NCBI GenBank assembly: GCA_036661035.1
Contig: JAVWZM010000001.1
Location: 3,022 to 67,021 of the forward strand
DNA length: 64,000 nucleotides
Source: Oscillospiraceae bacterium
Lineage (GTDB): Bacteria; Bacillota; Clostridia; Oscillospirales; Ruminococcaceae
Direction of reading: 5' to 3'
Translations under genes and position numbers: made by a program
Part shown: piece by piece, positions 48,402 through 57,206 of the stretch
How positions within the stretch are numbered: position 1 is the stretch's first letter
How the letters are laid out: each line of letters begins with the position of its first letter
The notes under the pieces: generated by a model
Told to the model about the DNA's origin: nothing
Database searches by the model: none
Seen by the model: the letters and a program-made list of their open reading frames with translations, nothing else

Positions 48402-48650
48402 TTAAAAAATAAACACGCCTCCCGTAATAAGCACAGCGGCTATCACGCCTATTGCCATTAACGCCCTCGCCTTGCCAAGCCAAGGCAGCTGCCGCCAGCA
48501 CACAAGCCCGGCAACATATTTTTCAGCCTCGTTTTTTTGGGTGGAAAGCTTCATGTTTTCGCTGCCCGGCTTAAAAAACACCAGCACACGTTCAATAGCT
48601 TCGTTTTCTGTATCAACAATTTCAATAACTTTTCTGTTTACACCTTTCAT
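48402..48650 (-). CDS. hypothetical 82-aa protein with a C-terminal membrane anchor
   Basis: MKGVNRKVIEIVDTENEAIERVLVFFKPG... ends in the hydrophobic ALMAIGVIAAVLITGGVFIF. An AAAGGAG SD lies 7 nt before this Met. I recognise no family. Confidence 0.5.
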   Translation of the reverse strand: MKGVNRKVIEIVDTENEAIERVLVFFKPGSENMKLSTQKNEAEKYVAGLVCWRQLPWLGKARALMAIGVIAAVLITGGVFIF

Positions 48651-48837
48651 ATTATGCGCTCCTTTGCAACTATATTTTTTGCCCATTCACCTTGTATAGC
48701 ATTTGCCAAAATGCTATATCTTATTGTCGCCTGTATTATCCGGCTTAATCAATTTGTCAAGCAAAAGTTTTTATCCGTTAGTAAAGGTCATTATACATTT
48801 TGTAAACTCTTAATGAAAATCATTATCGCGAGTTCTA

Positions 48838-48948
48838 TGTTGAAAACTCTGTTGAAAGTGTGGACAAAGTGGCAGTGCAAGCGGTAAATTCGAGTTTTGG
48901 TCTATGTTGAAGGATTAGTTTTAAACATAATGTTGAAAACTTTCAACA
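48838..48948. promoter_or_regulatory. cluster of five TGTTGAA heptamers, including the perfect palindrome TGTTGAAAACTTTCAACA
   Basis: TGTTGAA occurs at 48838, 48850, 48905 and 48931, and inverted at 48942. TCTATGTTGAA occurs twice. All lie in a 370-bp non-coding gap upstream of the 82-aa gene. Confidence 0.35.
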
Positions 48949-49044
48949 AAACAAGGCGTTTAATAAAACATGTCAAGATGGGATTGTGCTAAATTTTTGG
49001 GCTTTTAAACGACGTTTTTCTACATAATACACATAATTTTAGAC

Positions 49045-49076
49045 ACGAAAAAGCCTATCCATTTAATGGATAGGCT
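49045..49076 (-). terminator. terminator of the CBS gene, overlapping its stop codon
   Basis: Stem AGCCTATCCAT/ATGGATAGGCT with the TAA stop in the loop, and TTTTT on the minus strand. Confidence 0.7.
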
Positions 49077-49521
49077 GTGCTTTTTTTATGTTTAGGGTGT
49101 GTGGTTTCTTTTCGTTTGCGGGCTGTGCTTTATCGTAGCAATATTGTATGATGTCTTTGCGTCGTACTATGCCGATAAAGCTGTTTTTATCGTCGATAAC
49201 AGGTACAAAGTTTTGGCTCATGGAGGCAAAAACCAATTCCTCCATGGTGGTGTCTACATGTACGGGTGTATTATCGCGCTTATGGGGTATTTGCGTAATG
49301 GGCATATTTTCTGCATCGCGAATGGAAAGGGAATACTGGCTTTTTACAGCCCATAAAATGTCGCCCTCGGTAATGGTGCCCACATATTCGCCCTTGCGGT
49401 TAAGTATAGGAATGGAGGAATATCGGTGATGCTCCATCTTTTCCAGTGCTTGGCGCAATGTAAAATCGTCGTACAGAAACGCCACGTCGTTTTTAGGTGT
49501 TAGAAAAAACAAAATATTCAT
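49063..49521 (-). CDS. CBS-pair domain protein
   Basis: 152 aa with two CBS motifs (SSIPILNRKGEYVGTITEGDIL; FVPVIDDKNSFIGIVRRKDII). AAGGAAG SD. Confidence 0.8.
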   Translation of the reverse strand: MNILFFLTPKNDVAFLYDDFTLRQALEKMEHHRYSSIPILNRKGEYVGTITEGDILWAVKSQYSLSIRDAENMPITQIPHKRDNTPVHVDTTMEELVFASMSQNFVPVIDDKNSFIGIVRRKDIIQYCYDKAQPANEKKPHTLNIKKAQPIH

Positions 49522-49713
49522 AGCATCTTCCTTTTGATTTTTCGCTCTGTTTCTTTAAGTATTGTACCACATATTAAACGAGTTTGTGTGAATGTTTTGT
49601 AAATGAGCAGTATATTTTTGCGATAACACATATTAATGATGAAATTAGTTCCTATACACCGTTAAATAATGGCGCGCAAACATTTTATTGCTTTCGCAAG
49701 CGTATATTATTGT

Positions 49714-49815
49714 ATCGCAACTTGACTTATTATTGTCTTTGTAAACAACCTTTTGTCAAGTTGCATACAGCAAAGACGGAACTTTTAGTAGGACAATCAA
49801 AAGTAAAGTTGCTGT
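49714..49815 (+). repeat. repeat family B, full copy, in the dedA leader
   Basis: ATCGCAACTTGACTTATTATTGTCTTTGTAAACAACCTTTTGTCAAGTTGCATACAGCAAAGACGGAACTTTTAGTAGGACAATCAAAAGTAAAGTTGCTGT differs at about 8 positions from 57105-57206. Confidence 0.85.
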
Positions 49816-49836
49816 TATACGAAAGGCGGCGGCACA

Positions 49837-50466
49837 ATGCAGGAAATAATAATAGACGCTATAAGCAGATACGGATATATAGGAATATTTTTGCTTATAG
49901 CCGCGGAAAATATTTTCCCTCCTATACCGAGCGAGGTGATATTAACCTTTGCAGGCTTTGCTTGCACCCACACGGATATTGGCTATTTGGGCGCGGTTTC
50001 CTTTGCCACACTTGGCTCTGTGGCAGGGGCGGCGGTGCTGTATGGGGCAGGGCGCATGCTGTCGGCACAGAGGCTGTGCGCCTTTGCACGGGGAAATGCA
50101 GGCAAGGCACTGCACATTGATGCCGAGGATATAGAAAAAGCAAAAGACAGCTTTGCTAAAAAGGGGTATATCTCGGTGCTTTTATGCCGCTGTGTTCCCA
50201 TTATGCGCAGCTTAATCTCCATACCTGCCGGCATGGCCAAGATGCCGTTTATGCCATTTTTAGGCCTTACTACCGTGGGTAGCACGGTGTGGAACATGCT
50301 TTTAATAGGTCTTGGCGTTTTTGCAGGCGAAAACTGGGAAACGGTACACAGCGCCTTTGCGTCGGCGTCTGCCGGAATAAAGGCTTTAATCCTTGCCATC
50401 GCACTTGTAATATTATTTGTAATGCTTAAAAGGCAAGGGAAAAAGGCTAAAGAAAATGGGCTTTAA
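49837..50466 (+). CDS. DedA family membrane protein
   Basis: YGYIGIFLLIAAENIFPPIPSEVILTFAG... is the DedA/SNARE-associated signature. Confidence 0.85.
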   Translation: MQEIIIDAISRYGYIGIFLLIAAENIFPPIPSEVILTFAGFACTHTDIGYLGAVSFATLGSVAGAAVLYGAGRMLSAQRLCAFARGNAGKALHIDAEDIEKAKDSFAKKGYISVLLCRCVPIMRSLISIPAGMAKMPFMPFLGLTTVGSTVWNMLLIGLGVFAGENWETVHSAFASASAGIKALILAIALVILFVMLKRQGKKAKENGL

Positions 50467-50479
50467 GCCTGAAAAACAA

Positions 50480-50520
50480 GCGGCAGCCCATAACCTTAGG
50501 TTATGGGCTGCCGTTATTAT
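50480..50520. terminator. bidirectional terminator (dedA / pit-DUF47)
   Basis: Stem GCGGCAGCCCATAACC/GGTTATGGGCTGCCG flanked by AAAAA and TTATTAT. Confidence 0.75.
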
Positions 50521-50558
50521 CACACAGTAAATATATGGCAACTTTACTTGGCAGGCAG

Positions 50559-50662
50559 AACTTTTAAGTGAAGTACAAGCTGCTATATATTCCATCGCGG
50601 GGCGATTATATGCGCCGACCAAAGGTTGATGCGCAATAGCAATGCGTGCGCACATTGCTATA
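50559..50662 (+). repeat. intergenic repeat family A copy
   Basis: AACTTTTAAGTGAAGTACAAGCTGCTATATATTCCATCGCGGGGCGATTATATGCGCCGACCAAAGGTTGATGCGCAATAGCAATGCGTGCGCACATTGCTATATT. Confidence 0.7.
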
Positions 50663-51286
50663 TTATGTGTTTACTATTGCAATGTTTTCCACTATATCTG
50701 CCACGTCCTCGCAGGCGTCACAGCACATCTCGAAATTGGTGTAAATTTCGCGCCATGCAATTATGTCGAGGGCGCTTTCTGTGCCGGAGTGGAGTGTGCG
50801 CATGCTGCTGATATACATAGCGTCGCCCACTTCTTCAAGACGGTTAATTTCTATAATCAATTCCTCAAGACGTTTAGGTTTTTTGAAATTGGGAAATTCC
50901 ACAAGCATTTCCTTTACGGTGTTGCAACATTTAATAATAATATCGGCAAATTCTATGCTGTCTTTGCGTATGGAGGTAATATTGCACATATAAATGTGGA
51001 TAATAATATCCTCTATAGCATCGGTAACATCGTCTAGGTTTTGGCTTAGCTTAATGATATCGTCGCGCTCTATGGGTGTGATAAACGCGCGCACAAGCTG
51101 CGAGGTCATCTCGTGCTTTTTAATGTCGCCGCTATGCTCTATGGTGTGCATGTCCTCCATGCTTTGGCGCAAAGTGTCAACTGAAAAATTAGTAAGAATG
51201 CTCTTTAGCATTTGGGCGGCATCGCATGCGATAGACGCGCTCTGCACAAAATTGTCAAAATAAAAGCTTTCTGATTTTTTAGACAT
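50663..51286 (-). CDS. DUF47 family protein (PhoU-like Pit accessory protein)
   Basis: MSKKSESFYFDNFVQSASIACDAAQML... is 207 aa from this Met. It sits downstream of pit. The track ORF is extended to 51397. Confidence 0.8.
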   Translation of the reverse strand: MSKKSESFYFDNFVQSASIACDAAQMLKSILTNFSVDTLRQSMEDMHTIEHSGDIKKHEMTSQLVRAFITPIERDDIIKLSQNLDDVTDAIEDIIIHIYMCNITSIRKDSIEFADIIIKCCNTVKEMLVEFPNFKKPKRLEELIIEINRLEEVGDAMYISSMRTLHSGTESALDIIAWREIYTNFEMCCDACEDVADIVENIAIVNT

Positions 51287-51324
51287 AATGTAAATCCTTT
51301 CGTTTAGGCTGATAATATTGATGC

Positions 51325-52389
51325 TTAGAATATAAATAATAAAAGCTTTGCCATAAGATACCCGATAATGCCGCAACCTGGGAAGGTAAGTATCCATGTA
51401 AATACCATGTCTTTAACCACGCTGATATTAATGGCAGAAAGACGCTTTGTTGCGCCCACGCCCATTACAGCGGTGGTTTTGGTGTGGGTTGTGCTTACGG
51501 GTATACCGAATACAGAAGAAATCAATAGGCACGCCGCCGCCGCCATATCGGCTGAAAAGCCTTGATATTTTTCCAGCTTTACCATGTCCATGCCAACAGC
51601 CTTGATGATTTTATATCCGCCTATTGATGTGCCTATTGCCATTACAAGGGAGCATAAAAGCATCATCCATATAGGTGGAACAACATTACCTGTAGTGTCG
51701 TTGCCGTTCATCAAAAACACGCCAAGGATAAGCACGCCCATAAATTTCTGCCCGTCCTGCGCCCCGTGCATGAAAGACATTGCCGCGCCGCCTGCTATTT
51801 GGGCATTTTTGAAAAAGCCAAAGGTGCGGCGCCTGTCCATATCCTTACAAATAAACATAGTGCATTTTGTAACGAGAAAGCCCATTGCAAAGCCAAGCAC
51901 CGTGGAAAGCAAAAGCCCGTACAGCACCTTTACCCATTCGCTGCCGTTAATGCCGCTAAGGCCGCCCTGCAATGCAATGGCTGCGCCGGAAAGCCCTGCG
52001 ATAAGCGCATGGCTCTCGCTTGTGGGTATGCCAAAATACCACGCTGCCACAGCCCATATTATTATTGCTATCAAAGCGGCACAAAGCGCCAAAATAGCGT
52101 CGTGGTTGTTGCCGTTAAAGTTTACCATGTTTTTAATAGTCATGGCAACGGTGGAATTAAGCAGCGTCATCATAAGTACGCCGAATAGGTTAAACACCGC
52201 CGACATCAGCACTGCCGCGCGCGGCGACATGCTGCGAGTAGCAACACATGTGGCAATGGCGTTAGGTGCGTCTGTCCACCCATTTACAAATATTACACCA
52301 AGGGTAAGCAGCACAGTAACAAACAGTATAGGATTGGAAAATACTTGATTTATAAACCAGGCGAATTCAATCTCCAATGCAAAGCACAT
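51325..52389 (-). CDS. inorganic phosphate transporter, PiT family
   Basis: FVNGWTDAPNAIAT and GAQDGQKFMG are PiT (PHO4) repeats in a multi-TM protein. The exact start is uncertain because GGAG abuts the ATG at 52389. Confidence 0.85.
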   Translation of the reverse strand: MCFALEIEFAWFINQVFSNPILFVTVLLTLGVIFVNGWTDAPNAIATCVATRSMSPRAAVLMSAVFNLFGVLMMTLLNSTVAMTIKNMVNFNGNNHDAILALCAALIAIIIWAVAAWYFGIPTSESHALIAGLSGAAIALQGGLSGINGSEWVKVLYGLLLSTVLGFAMGFLVTKCTMFICKDMDRRRTFGFFKNAQIAGGAAMSFMHGAQDGQKFMGVLILGVFLMNGNDTTGNVVPPIWMMLLCSLVMAIGTSIGGYKIIKAVGMDMVKLEKYQGFSADMAAAACLLISSVFGIPVSTTHTKTTAVMGVGATKRLSAINISVVKDMVFTWILTFPGCGIIGYLMAKLLLFIF

Positions 52390-52492
52390 CTCCTTTAATA
52401 TCGAGCAATAAACAAGTGAATTGACGGATAAATGATGCGTATAAATATAAACACATTATATATTTCAAAACACTATTTATAAGTATATCTAA

Positions 52493-52509
52493 TTTACACG
52501 GTTTTTACA
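52493..52509. promoter_or_regulatory. Pho-box-like direct repeat TTTACA-N5-TTTACA in the pit/tcdA divergent region
   Basis: TTTACAcggttTTTACA shows the 11-bp periodicity of the B. subtilis PhoP TT(A/T/C)ACA consensus. Confidence 0.3.
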
Positions 52510-52654
52510 ATGCTTAATTTGCGCTTTTATTTGCAAAAGCTTTTGCAGCTTACATTTTTGTGCTATAATCGACAATATATCAATGGGCGCACACATTGAT
52601 ATTGCATATCGACCTTTCAAGGAAAGTTGCTATATAAAGCGTAAGGAGAATGGT

Positions 52655-53365
52655 ATGGAGCAATTTAATCGTACTGAAATGCTGCTTGGCAAAGACGGGG
52701 TTTCGCGCTTGCAAGGCGCGACAGTGGCGGTGTTTGGCGTGGGCGGCGTAGGTGGCTATGCCGTGGAGGCGCTGGCGCGCGGCGGCATCGGAAAATTGAT
52801 TTTATATGATAACGACGTGGTTTCTATATCTAATATAAACAGACAAATTATTGCAACCCACGATACTATAGGGCAGCTGAAAGTAGATGTATGCCGCAAT
52901 AGGGCTTTGTCCATAAACCCCGAAATTGTTGTTAAGGCGAACGCGCAGTTTATCACAGAGCAAAACGCGGCAGAGCTTGATATGCGCGGCTGGGATTATA
53001 TTATAGACGCCATAGATACCGTAAGCGCAAAGCTTGCCCTTGTAAAGGCGGCAAACGAAAACAATGTGCCGATTATTTCCGCAATGGGTGCTGCAAACAA
53101 GCTTGATGCCACGGCATTTTGCGTAACTGATATATTTAAAACCGAAATGGACCCTTTGGCAAGGGTAATGCGCAGAGAGCTGCGCATTAGCGGCATAAAA
53201 AGCCTAAAGGTAGTATACAGCAAGGAGCAGGCGCTAAAGCCCGCACAAACAGATGAAAAGCTGCCACAGGGTAGGCGCAGCATACCAGGCAGCGTAAGCT
53301 ATGTGCCCGGTGTAGAGGGGCTGATACTGGCAGGCGAAGTGATAAAAGCAATCGCTTTGCAGTAA
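52655..53365 (+). CDS. tcdA: tRNA threonylcarbamoyladenosine dehydratase (ThiF/E1-like, TcdA/CsdL)
   Basis: RTEMLLGKDGVSRLQGATVAVFGVGGVGGYAVEALARGGIGKLILYDNDVVSISNINRQ. The start follows an AAGGAG SD. An extended -10 TGCTATAAT lies at 52561-52569. Confidence 0.85.
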   Translation: MEQFNRTEMLLGKDGVSRLQGATVAVFGVGGVGGYAVEALARGGIGKLILYDNDVVSISNINRQIIATHDTIGQLKVDVCRNRALSINPEIVVKANAQFITEQNAAELDMRGWDYIIDAIDTVSAKLALVKAANENNVPIISAMGAANKLDATAFCVTDIFKTEMDPLARVMRRELRISGIKSLKVVYSKEQALKPAQTDEKLPQGRRSIPGSVSYVPGVEGLILAGEVIKAIALQ

Positions 53366-53432
53366 TGCGGCTAATAGGTTCATGGATATGAATTGTATTA
53401 TTGAGTGGTAAATTTAATGGCACTATATTATT

Positions 53433-53458
53433 AAAACTGTTTCGCAAACAGTTTTAAT
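53433..53458 (+). terminator. terminator after tcdA
   Basis: AAAACTGTTT-cgc-AAACAGTTTT followed by a T-rich tract. Confidence 0.65.
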
Positions 53459-53628
53459 TGTGCATGTGCGATAGCACGCACATAGGATAAGCTATTTAAT
53501 AAACAAGTCCACAGACTTATTTTATTAAATGTAAAGCATGGCATTATAATAGTATAAAAACGCAAACTGAAAAGGCAAGTGTACGGTGGTTTTGTGAAAA
53601 CAAAAGCACAGTGCGCCTGCCTTTTTGC

Positions 53629-53694
53629 TTTACATATCTTTTACATGCGCTATACAAAAGCGTGGTATTTGAAAAATATTGTGTAAGGTATACT
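53629..53694 (+). promoter_or_regulatory. PhoP-type Pho boxes and -10 element of the pstS promoter
   Basis: TTTACA(53629)-N5-TTTACA(53640)-N5-TATACA(53651), spaced exactly 11 bp apart. TATACT -10 at 53689, about 35 nt before the pstS ATG. Confidence 0.55.
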
Positions 53695-53726
53695 AAAGGC
53701 ACGAAATAAAGAAAGAGGGAAAACAA

Positions 53727-54584
53727 ATGAAGAAGATTTGCATAATATTATCCTGCGCCATGCTGACGCTTACCTTGGCATCTTGCAAAGGAACGGCGGC
53801 ATCTGCGCCAAAAGAAAGCACAACCACAACCACACAATCACAGGCGAGCGCACTTAGCGGCAAGGTAGCCACAGGCGGCTCTACATCTATGGAAAAGGTA
53901 ATCCTTGCACTTAGCGAGGCATACATGCAGGCAAACCCCGGTGTGACAGTAACCTATGACGCCACAGGCTCCGGAGCCGGCATAACAGGCGCACTTGACG
54001 GTGTGATTGACTTGGGGCTTTCAAGCAGAGCTTTAAAGGCAGAGGAAACAGGCCTTACCGCCACAAGCCTTGCTTTAGACGGCATTGCCATAGTGATAAA
54101 CAAAGATAATAAAGTAACGGATTTAACCATGGAGCAGATTAAAAAGATAGCCACAGGCGAAATAAAAAACTGGAAAGAGCTTGGCGGCAGCGACATGGAA
54201 ATAGTATTTTTAGGGCGCGAGGCAGGCTCCGGCACAAGGGACGGCTTTGAAAGCATAGTTGGCGTAAAAGACAAATGCGTATATGCCGAGGAGCTTACGG
54301 CAACGGGTGCCGTAATAGGCAAAGTGCAGGCAAACGCAGGCGGCATAGGCTATGCATCTCTTGCAAGCGTGGACGAAAAAGTAAAAGCCGTTACGGTAGA
54401 CGGCGTAGTGGCAAGCGAAGCAACAGTGCTGGACGGCACATATAAAATACAGCGTCCGTTTATCCTTGTAACAAAAACGGACAAAGAACAGTCTGCGGCT
54501 GTAAAAAGCTTTATAGAGTTTGCCACAGGCAGTGAAGCAAAAGAAATCATTTCAAATGCGGGCGCAGTTCCGCCCGTAAAATAG
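53727..54584 (+). CDS. pstS: phosphate ABC transporter substrate-binding lipoprotein PstS
   Basis: Lipobox LTLASC, GGSTSMEKV...YDATGSGAG...GREAGSGTRD. Confidence 0.9.
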   Translation: MKKICIILSCAMLTLTLASCKGTAASAPKESTTTTTQSQASALSGKVATGGSTSMEKVILALSEAYMQANPGVTVTYDATGSGAGITGALDGVIDLGLSSRALKAEETGLTATSLALDGIAIVINKDNKVTDLTMEQIKKIATGEIKNWKELGGSDMEIVFLGREAGSGTRDGFESIVGVKDKCVYAEELTATGAVIGKVQANAGGIGYASLASVDEKVKAVTVDGVVASEATVLDGTYKIQRPFILVTKTDKEQSAAVKSFIEFATGSEAKEIISNAGAVPPVK

Positions 54585-54591
54585 GTACGGC

Positions 54592-55464
54592 ATGAAGATA
54601 AAAAAAATAACGGAAAAAGTAATGAACATATTTTTCCTAATGTGCGCAAGCACGGCAATAATCGCAACAGCCCTCATAACAATTTATCTTGTTATGGCAG
54701 GGCTGCCTGCTATTAAAGAGATTGGTCTTTGGAAGTTTATATCGGGCACGGTGTGGAAAAGCACGGCTAACCCACCGCAATTCGGCATTTTACCGTTTAT
54801 TCTTACAAGCGTTTACGGCACATTAGGTGCTGTGGCTATAGGTGTGCCTGTAGGGCTTGGCACTGCTATATTTTTATCCAAAATAGCACCTAAGCCCATT
54901 AGCCGCGCCCTGCGCCCAGCCGTGGATTTATTGGCAGGTATTCCCAGCGTGGTTTATGGGCTTGTGGGCATGATGGTGCTTGTGCCATTCGTTGCGAAAA
55001 TATTCGGCTTATCAAACGGTGCAGGGCTTTTGTCGGCGATTATTGTGCTTGCGGTAATGATATTGCCGGGCATCGTGTCGGTGTCACAAACTGCACTTGA
55101 TGCGGTGCCGAGGGAATACGAGGAGGCAAGCCTTGCCCTTGGCGCAACCAAAGCGGAAACGGTGTTCAGGGTAAGCGTGCCTGCCGCCAAAAGCGGCATT
55201 GCCACAGGCGTGGTGCTTGGCATTGGCCGCGCCGTAGGGGAAGCTATGGCAGTAATGATGGTGGCAGGCAATGTGGCAAACATGCCGTCAATGTTTAAAA
55301 GCGTTACCTTCTTAACCACTGCCGTTTCTAAGGAAATGGGATATGCGTCGGGCTTGCAAAAGGACGCGCTTTTCAGCATTGCGCTTGTACTGTTTGTATT
55401 TATAATGCTTATCAACATTGTGCTTGGCATCTGCTTTAAGAAAGGGACAAATAATGAAAAATAA
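54592..55464 (+). CDS. pstC: phosphate ABC transporter permease PstC
   Basis: 290 aa, 6 TM segments, EAS-LGAT-ETVF ABC permease loop. Confidence 0.9.
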   Translation: MKIKKITEKVMNIFFLMCASTAIIATALITIYLVMAGLPAIKEIGLWKFISGTVWKSTANPPQFGILPFILTSVYGTLGAVAIGVPVGLGTAIFLSKIAPKPISRALRPAVDLLAGIPSVVYGLVGMMVLVPFVAKIFGLSNGAGLLSAIIVLAVMILPGIVSVSQTALDAVPREYEEASLALGATKAETVFRVSVPAAKSGIATGVVLGIGRAVGEAMAVMMVAGNVANMPSMFKSVTFLTTAVSKEMGYASGLQKDALFSIALVLFVFIMLINIVLGICFKKGTNNEK

Positions 55465-56302
55465 ACGTGCCCTGCGCGATAATGCTTTAATCTCGCTTTT
55501 ATACTTGGCGGCAGGCATTACCGCGCTTTTAGTGGTGGGCATTATCGGCTTTGTGCTTGTAAAAGGGCTTGCGCATATTTCGTGGAGCTTTCTTACCTCG
55601 TCGCCAAGTGCCCTTAAAAACACTATAGGGATATTGCCAAACATATTAAATACCTTGTATTTAATACTCTTGGCAATTGCCATTGCGCTGCCCATAGGCG
55701 TTGGCGCGGCAGTATATTTAACGGAATATGACGTAAATAAAAAGCTTGTGGCTATTATCGAATTTGCCACAGAAACCCTTGCCGGTTTACCGTCTATACT
55801 ATATGGGCTTGTGGGCATGCTGTTTTTCTGCCGAGTGCTAAAGCTGCAAACGTCGTTAATATCAGGCTCGCTTACTTTAGTGATTATGATACTGCCCACC
55901 ATAATCCGCACCACACAGGAAGCACTTAAAACCGTGCCCCTTTCATATAGAGAGGGCGCACATGGCCTTGGCGCCACACGCTGGTACATGATACGCACCA
56001 TAGTGCTGCCGTCGTCTATAGACGGCATTGTTACAGGGTGTATCTTGGCGATAGGGCGCATTGTGGGCGAAAGCGCGGCGCTTTTGTTTACAGCAGGAGT
56101 AGGCACGGTAATAGCAGGCAACATAGTGGACGCATATCGCACATCAGGCGGCAGCCTTGCTGTTGCACTATATGTGTACGTATACGAGCGCGCGGAGTTT
56201 GACGTGGGCTTTGCCATTGCGGCAGTGCTGATGCTGTTGGTGTTTATGATAAATTTTGCTGCGAAAAAAGCAGGCAAAAGCTTAAAAAGTAAAGGGGAAT
56301 AG
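55454..56302 (+). CDS. pstA: phosphate ABC transporter permease PstA
   Basis: [11 protein letters not shown]... with the [11 protein letters not shown] permease loop. It overlaps the pstC end by 11 nt. The track ORF starts earlier, at 55418. Confidence 0.9.
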   Translation: MKNKRALRDNALISLLYLAAGITALLVVGIIGFVLVKGLAHISWSFLTSSPSALKNTIGILPNILNTLYLILLAIAIALPIGVGAAVYLTEYDVNKKLVAIIEFATETLAGLPSILYGLVGMLFFCRVLKLQTSLISGSLTLVIMILPTIIRTTQEALKTVPLSYREGAHGLGATRWYMIRTIVLPSSIDGIVTGCILAIGRIVGESAALLFTAGVGTVIAGNIVDAYRTSGGSLAVALYVYVYERAEFDVGFAIAAVLMLLVFMINFAAKKAGKSLKSKGE

Positions 56303-56304
56303 CT

Positions 56305-57057
56305 ATGACAATATTAAGCACAAATAATTTGCACCTTTATTACGGCGAGGCAGAGGCACTGAAGGGCATAAATATGGATATAGAAGAAAAAGAAATTACT
56401 GCGCTGATAGGCCCCTCTGGCTGTGGCAAATCCACATTTTTGAAAACCCTCAACCGCATGAATGACCTTGTGCCGAATGTGCATATTAAAGGTGACGTTC
56501 TGTATCGCGGAGAGGATATATATAAAGGCAATATTGACGTGACACAGCTACGCAAAAAGGTGGGCATGGTGTTTCAAAAGGCAAACCCGTTTCCTTTATC
56601 TATATACGACAATATCGCCTATGGCCCGCGCTTGCACGGCACACATTCAAAGGCACAGCTTAGCGCCATTGTGGAAAAGGCTCTGCGCGGCGCGGCGTTA
56701 TGGGACGAGGTAAAGGATCGCCTGCGCAAAAGCGCGCTGTCTTTATCCGGCGGCCAGCAACAGCGTCTTTGCATTGCTCGTGCCCTTGCCGTGGAGCCTG
56801 ATGTGCTTTTAATGGACGAGCCTACCTCTGCCCTTGATCCTGCCTCTACAAAGAAGGTGGAGGATTTAATGGGTACATTGGCGCAAAACTATACAGTGGT
56901 AATAGTAACCCATAATATGCAGCAGGCAACGCGAGTAAGCGACAAATGCGCGTTTTTCCTGCTTGGGGAGCTGGTGGAATACGGCGCGACGCAAGATATT
57001 TTTTCCATGCCAAAGGATAAGCGCACAGAGGATTATATTACAGGGCGTTTTGGCTAA
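56305..57057 (+). CDS. pstB: phosphate ABC transporter ATP-binding protein PstB
   Basis: [34 protein letters not shown]. Confidence 0.95.
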   Translation: MTILSTNNLHLYYGEAEALKGINMDIEEKEITALIGPSGCGKSTFLKTLNRMNDLVPNVHIKGDVLYRGEDIYKGNIDVTQLRKKVGMVFQKANPFPLSIYDNIAYGPRLHGTHSKAQLSAIVEKALRGAALWDEVKDRLRKSALSLSGGQQQRLCIARALAVEPDVLLMDEPTSALDPASTKKVEDLMGTLAQNYTVVIVTHNMQQATRVSDKCAFFLLGELVEYGATQDIFSMPKDKRTEDYITGRFG

Positions 57058-57104
57058 AAGCTTATTCGGAAAACATACAAAAGCTTAAATACATGGCTTT
57101 GGGA

Positions 57105-57206
57105 ATCGCAACTTGACTTATTATTGTCTTTGTAAACAACATTTTGTCAAGTTGCATACAGCAAAGACGGGACTTTGAGTAGGATAAGCAAAAGTGAAAT
57201 TGCTGT
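57105..57206 (+). repeat. repeat family B, full copy, in the pstB-phoU spacer
   Basis: ATCGCAACTTGACTTATTATTGTCTTTGTAAACAACATTTTGTCAAGTTGCATACAGCAAAGACGGGACTTTGAGTAGGATAAGCAAAAGTGAAATTGCTGT. Confidence 0.85.

Noticed and set aside
48859-48867. DnaA-box-like TGTGGACAA (and TTATCCACG at 58755), a possible replication origin.
   Set aside because: These are single, imperfect boxes. There is no cluster, no dnaA/dnaN context and no AT-rich unwinding element arrangement.
48813-48887. 24-codon ORF MKIIIASSMLKTLLKVWTKWQCKR (a cationic amphipathic peptide) overlapping the TGTTGAA cluster.
   Set aside because: There is no Shine-Dalgarno upstream, and it is too short to evaluate from sequence alone. 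It would need ribosome profiling.
49714-49815. Family B element as a metabolite riboswitch, or as a PhoP Pho box.
   Set aside because: The copies are nearly identical at the nucleotide level, including loops, which fits recent duplication rather than an ancient aptamer. The downstream genes are functionally unrelated, and no 11-bp-spaced TTWACA repeats are present in the element. It is kept as a finding, but not under these labels.
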